Origin: an uncultured Rhodohalobacter sp.
Lineage (GTDB): Bacteria; Bacteroidota; Rhodothermia; Balneolales; Balneolaceae
DNA length: 64,000 bases
Assembly: GCA_964625635.1 (NCBI GenBank)
Contig: CAZVEP010000002.1
Span: 79-64,078, forward strand
Direction: 5' to 3'
In this document: positions 60,840 to 64,000 of the stretch, piece by piece
Layout: the number at the start of each line of letters is the position of its first letter
Numbering within the stretch: position 1 is the stretch's first letter
The notes under the pieces: model-generated
Databases searched by the model: none
Told to the model about the DNA's origin: nothing
The model's input: only the letters and a program-made list of their open reading frames with translations
Program-made: the position numbers and the translations under genes

Positions 60840-62345
60840 TTAGTTTATCTCGAAAGTCGTTTTTCCGCTTTTGTCATCTTTCAGGGTAATACCCATCTCA
60901 CTTAGATCGTCCCGGATTTTGTCGCTGGTTTCGAAATCTTTATTTGAACGCGCATGGGCCCTGATGTGGATCAGGAGCTGGATTAGCTCTTCAGTTTTTC
61001 CGTTACTGGCTTCGTCTTCAGACTTAAGTCCTAAAATTTCCTCAACAAAAACTTTAAAGGTCTCTTTCAGCGTGTTTAATGCAGACTCTGATACCGTATC
61101 ATCATCCATCTGATTGTTATAGATGGCGTTGATCTTACTAACAAGCTCAAATAATGCGGCGAGTACCTGAGCAGTATTAAAATCATCACTCATGCGCTCA
61201 TAACAGAGCTTACATTGTTCAAGGATTGCATCATCCAATGTCCCTTCATCTACATCTGAGTGGCCGCTTAGCTCATCAAGATGATCAAGAGCATTCATTA
61301 GCTTTCGATACCCTTTTTCTGCAGCATCAAGAGCATCATTTGAAAAATCAATCTTGCTTCTGTAATGAGACTGGAGCATGAGAAAGCGCACTACCATGGG
61401 ACTGTACCCTCTGTTCAAATATGAATGGTCGCCGGAAAAAAGCTGATCAAGTGTTATAAAATTACCGGCTGACTTGCTCATCTTTGCGCCGTCTATCGTT
61501 ACCATATTATTATGGATCCAATAATTGGCAGGATCAGTTTCATAGGCACTCCTGCACTGAGCTATCTCAGCCTCGTGATGAGGAAACTGCAGGTCCAGTC
61601 CTCCCCCATGTATATCAAAATGCTTACCAAGATATTTTGTGCTCATAGTCGTACACTCTATATGCCAGCCCGGAAATCCTTCACCCCACGGTGAGTCCCA
61701 GCGCATGATATGTTCCGGAGCAGCTTTCTTCCAGAGTGCAAAATCATGCGGATTGCGCTTTTCATCCAATCCTTCAGTTTCCCTGCTGCCAGTCTGCAAG
61801 TCTTCCAGCACTTTACCTGAGAGATCGCCGTAGCTGTTTGATTCGCGGTATTTTTCCAGATCAAAATAGACTGTTCCGTTCACTTCATATGCGAAGCCGT
61901 TTTCAATAATTTTCTTAACAAGATTGATCTGTTCAATAATGTGCCCGGAGGCAGACGGTTCAATATTTGGGCGTTTACAGTTAAGAGCATCAAGGCCTTC
62001 GTGGTACTGGATGGTATAGTGTTGCACAATTTCCATTGGCTCGAGCTCTTCAAGCCGGGCTTTTTTCGCGATTTTATCCTCACCCGATTCTTCAAGCTCA
62101 TTTTCAAGATGCCCTACGTCGGTTATATTTCTGACATAGCGAACCTTATAGCCCATATGCTCCATATATCTATAAACGATATCGAAAGTAATTCCTGCGC
62201 GGGCATGCCCAATATGAGGATCTCCATATACGGTTGGTCCACACACATAAAGCCCTACGTTAGGCGGGTTTATAGGCTTAAATATCTCTTTGGTTTTAGA
62301 AAGGGAGTTGTAAATCCGGATAGGATAGCTGTCCTTGTCCTGCAT
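60840..62345 (-). CDS. cysS: Cysteine--tRNA ligase
   Basis: 501 aa. HIGH-type DPHIGHARA, KMSKS (AKMSKSAGN) and WHIEC. Confidence 0.95.
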   Translation of the reverse strand: MQDKDSYPIRIYNSLSKTKEIFKPINPPNVGLYVCGPTVYGDPHIGHARAGITFDIVYRYMEHMGYKVRYVRNITDVGHLENELEESGEDKIAKKARLEELEPMEIVQHYTIQYHEGLDALNCKRPNIEPSASGHIIEQINLVKKIIENGFAYEVNGTVYFDLEKYRESNSYGDLSGKVLEDLQTGSRETEGLDEKRNPHDFALWKKAAPEHIMRWDSPWGEGFPGWHIECTTMSTKYLGKHFDIHGGGLDLQFPHHEAEIAQCRSAYETDPANYWIHNNMVTIDGAKMSKSAGNFITLDQLFSGDHSYLNRGYSPMVVRFLMLQSHYRSKIDFSNDALDAAEKGYRKLMNALDHLDELSGHSDVDEGTLDDAILEQCKLCYERMSDDFNTAQVLAALFELVSKINAIYNNQMDDDTVSESALNTLKETFKVFVEEILGLKSEDEASNGKTEELIQLLIHIRAHARSNKDFETSDKIRDDLSEMGITLKDDKSGKTTFEIN

Positions 62346-62364
62346 GTTCTTAATCAGTTATAAA

Positions 62365-63072
62365 TTACAACTCTGTGTTTGAACGAATATAGTCAATAAA
62401 TCGCTGTTGGGTGGTTTCTTCTTTAAAATCACCCCGATATTCCGTCGTCACCGTACTGCTTTCTCTGTCTTTAATTCCACGCGTAGAAACACAAAAATGC
62501 TTGCTTTCAATAAACACGGCTACATCTTCAGTCTCAAGAGCTCCCTGAAGTTCGTCAGCTATTTGCAGGGTCAGTCGTTCCTGGACCTGAGGTCGGCGAG
62601 AGTAGTAATCAACCATCCTGTTTATTTTTGATAACCCGATGACGCGTCCGCTGCTTTTGTAAGCAACATGCGCTTTACCCAGAAACGGCAGAAAGTGGTG
62701 TTCGCAAAAGGATGTCACATTAATATTTTTCACGACAACAAGATCTCCGTACTCATACTTGTTGCTGAATTTCTTAGCATCGGGACGATTTTTCGGATTC
62801 AGTCCCTGGAAGATCTCTTTAACATACATTTTTGCTACTCTGTATGGTGTTCCGCTAAGGCTCTCATCCGTCAAATCAAGGCCCAGCGTCTGCATGATCT
62901 TACCAAAATGCTCTTCTATTTTTTCAATCTTTTCATCATCTGACAGATCAAATGCATCATCTCTAAGTGGTGTTTGTACAGCTGTTCCTATGTGATCATC
63001 ACCTAATATTTCTGCATTCGGCCCCGTGTTATTACTTACAACATTATCAAGTGCCTGTTTGTTTTCTTCCAT
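62365..63072 (-). CDS. folE: GTP cyclohydrolase I
   Basis: 235 aa. FCEHHFLPF and RRPQVQERLT motifs. Confidence 0.92.
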   Translation of the reverse strand: MEENKQALDNVVSNNTGPNAEILGDDHIGTAVQTPLRDDAFDLSDDEKIEKIEEHFGKIMQTLGLDLTDESLSGTPYRVAKMYVKEIFQGLNPKNRPDAKKFSNKYEYGDLVVVKNINVTSFCEHHFLPFLGKAHVAYKSSGRVIGLSKINRMVDYYSRRPQVQERLTLQIADELQGALETEDVAVFIESKHFCVSTRGIKDRESSTVTTEYRGDFKEETTQQRFIDYIRSNTEL

Positions 63073-63245
63073 CTTATTTACTGCTTAAAATCAATTTTTT
63101 AATAGCTCTAAAGTTAAGGCTTACACGTTCCATATCATAATGATCAAGCCTTTCACGAAATCCGGGTTTATCACTTATTTCGAATGATCATCTTCCACAA
63201 ATATACTGATCTGTCTTGAGGTTCATCTTTCTTCTACAAATTCAG

Positions 63246-63269
63246 ACTCAGCGATTATAGCCGCTGAGT
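63246..63269 (-). terminator. Hairpin immediately downstream of the aconitase stop (possible terminator)
   Basis: ACTCAGCG (63246-63253) pairs with CGCTGAGT (63262-63269) around an 8-nt loop, starting 5 nt after the stop codon. The minus-strand tail CTGAATTTG is only moderately T-rich. Confidence 0.4.
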
Positions 63270-63273
63270 TTTA

Positions 63274-64000
63274 CTATCCATTTTTTTGTTTTTTAAACGT
63301 GTTAATTATTCCGCCATCAAGTAAGGCTTGAAGCTGACGATCACTCAAAGTGTGAATTACCTCTATTTCACTATCTTTGGTAACATTTTTTATGGTGATG
63401 TTATCCTTCTCTTTAAGTTGCTGCCGAATATTCTCTGTTTTAAGAATATCGCCCTGATCGATTGAGTCAAGATCTTCCGGATTTTTAAACTCTAAGGGTG
63501 CAATACCGAAGTTAATCAGGTTCTGCCAGCCTATCCTGGCATAGCTTTTAGCGATAACCGCTCGTTGTCCAAGAAACCTGGGGGCAATGGCAGCATGTTC
63601 TCGACTAGATCCCTGTGCATAATTCTCACCGGCTACAACAACGTGTCCCTCGTTCTTTTCTTTTGTCTCCATAGCCCGGTCGTAAAATGTCTCATCAACC
63701 ACGCTAAACGAAAATTTACTGATTTCCGGAATATTGCTTCTGAAAGGCAAAACCTCCGCTCCTGCCCGGAGTATTTCATCAGTTGATATATTGTCTCCCA
63801 TTTTTAGTAATACAGGAACTTCAAAATCACTGAATTCACTAAAATCCGGCAGTGTTGAGATATTAGGCCCTTTAACCAACTCCTTTTTCTCACCGTTTGC
63901 AGGTGGTGCGCTTAGCATTTCCCGATTGATAATCACATCCGATGGCTGCTCAAAATTCGGATAGTTCATACCGTATAGTTCTTCCAGATCCCGCGGGTCA
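63274..64000 (-). CDS. Aconitate hydratase, C-terminal (swivel) part; the ORF runs off the window edge
   Basis: The frame stays open from 63969 to 64000 (..DPRDLEELYG-MNYPNF..). Aconitase domain-4 motifs NISTDEILRAG and GENYAQGSSREHAA. Confidence 0.8.
   Translation of the reverse strand, partial: DPRDLEELYGMNYPNFEQPSDVIINREMLSAPPANGEKKELVKGPNISTLPDFSEFSDFEVPVLLKMGDNISTDEILRAGAEVLPFRSNIPEISKFSFSVVDETFYDRAMETKEKNEGHVVVAGENYAQGSSREHAAIAPRFLGQRAVIAKSYARIGWQNLINFGIAPLEFKNPEDLDSIDQGDILKTENIRQQLKEKDNITIKNVTKDSEIEVIHTLSDRQLQALLDGGIINTFKKQKNG

Overview
Gene-dense, moderately AT-rich chromosomal segment with about 61 CDS and short spacers. It reads as core genome of an FCB-group bacterium (Bacteroidota/Balneolota/Rhodothermota-like). 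That placement is an inference from three things: a single-subunit b558-type SdhC with a large SdhA, the presence of BamD, TonB-dependent receptor, type-2 IDI, TM2/DUF2752 and NRDE genes, and the near absence of Shine-Dalgarno motifs upstream of starts. Content is mainly housekeeping. It covers recQ, sdhCAB, nadD, bamD, isoprenoid genes (fni, polyprenyl synthase), pta, UDP-xylose synthesis (ugd, uxs) and greA. It also covers metG, a GH13 debranching enzyme, efp, accBC, gcvH, guaA, mltG, mutS2, hemD-like and hemY, a DtxR-family regulator, rluB, hisI, yidD, cysS, folE and the 3' part of an aconitase cut by the window edge. By eye I found no rRNA, tRNA, CRISPR array, transposase, integrase, phage gene or recognisable defence gene, and no convincing novel multi-gene system. 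The leads worth a second look are mostly non-coding. They are an unassigned 528-nt ORF-free spacer with a structured core (56840-57367), a nested inverted-repeat element between the sdhB stop and its terminator (2207-2341), and an intrinsic-terminator-like hairpin inside the greA leader (20581-20615). The coding lead is a translationally coupled envelope module (Omp85-type barrel, lipoprotein with an apparently inactive caspase-like domain, DMT-like permease) embedded in a 12.7-kb co-directional gene train. All functional calls come from motif recognition by eye; no searches were run.
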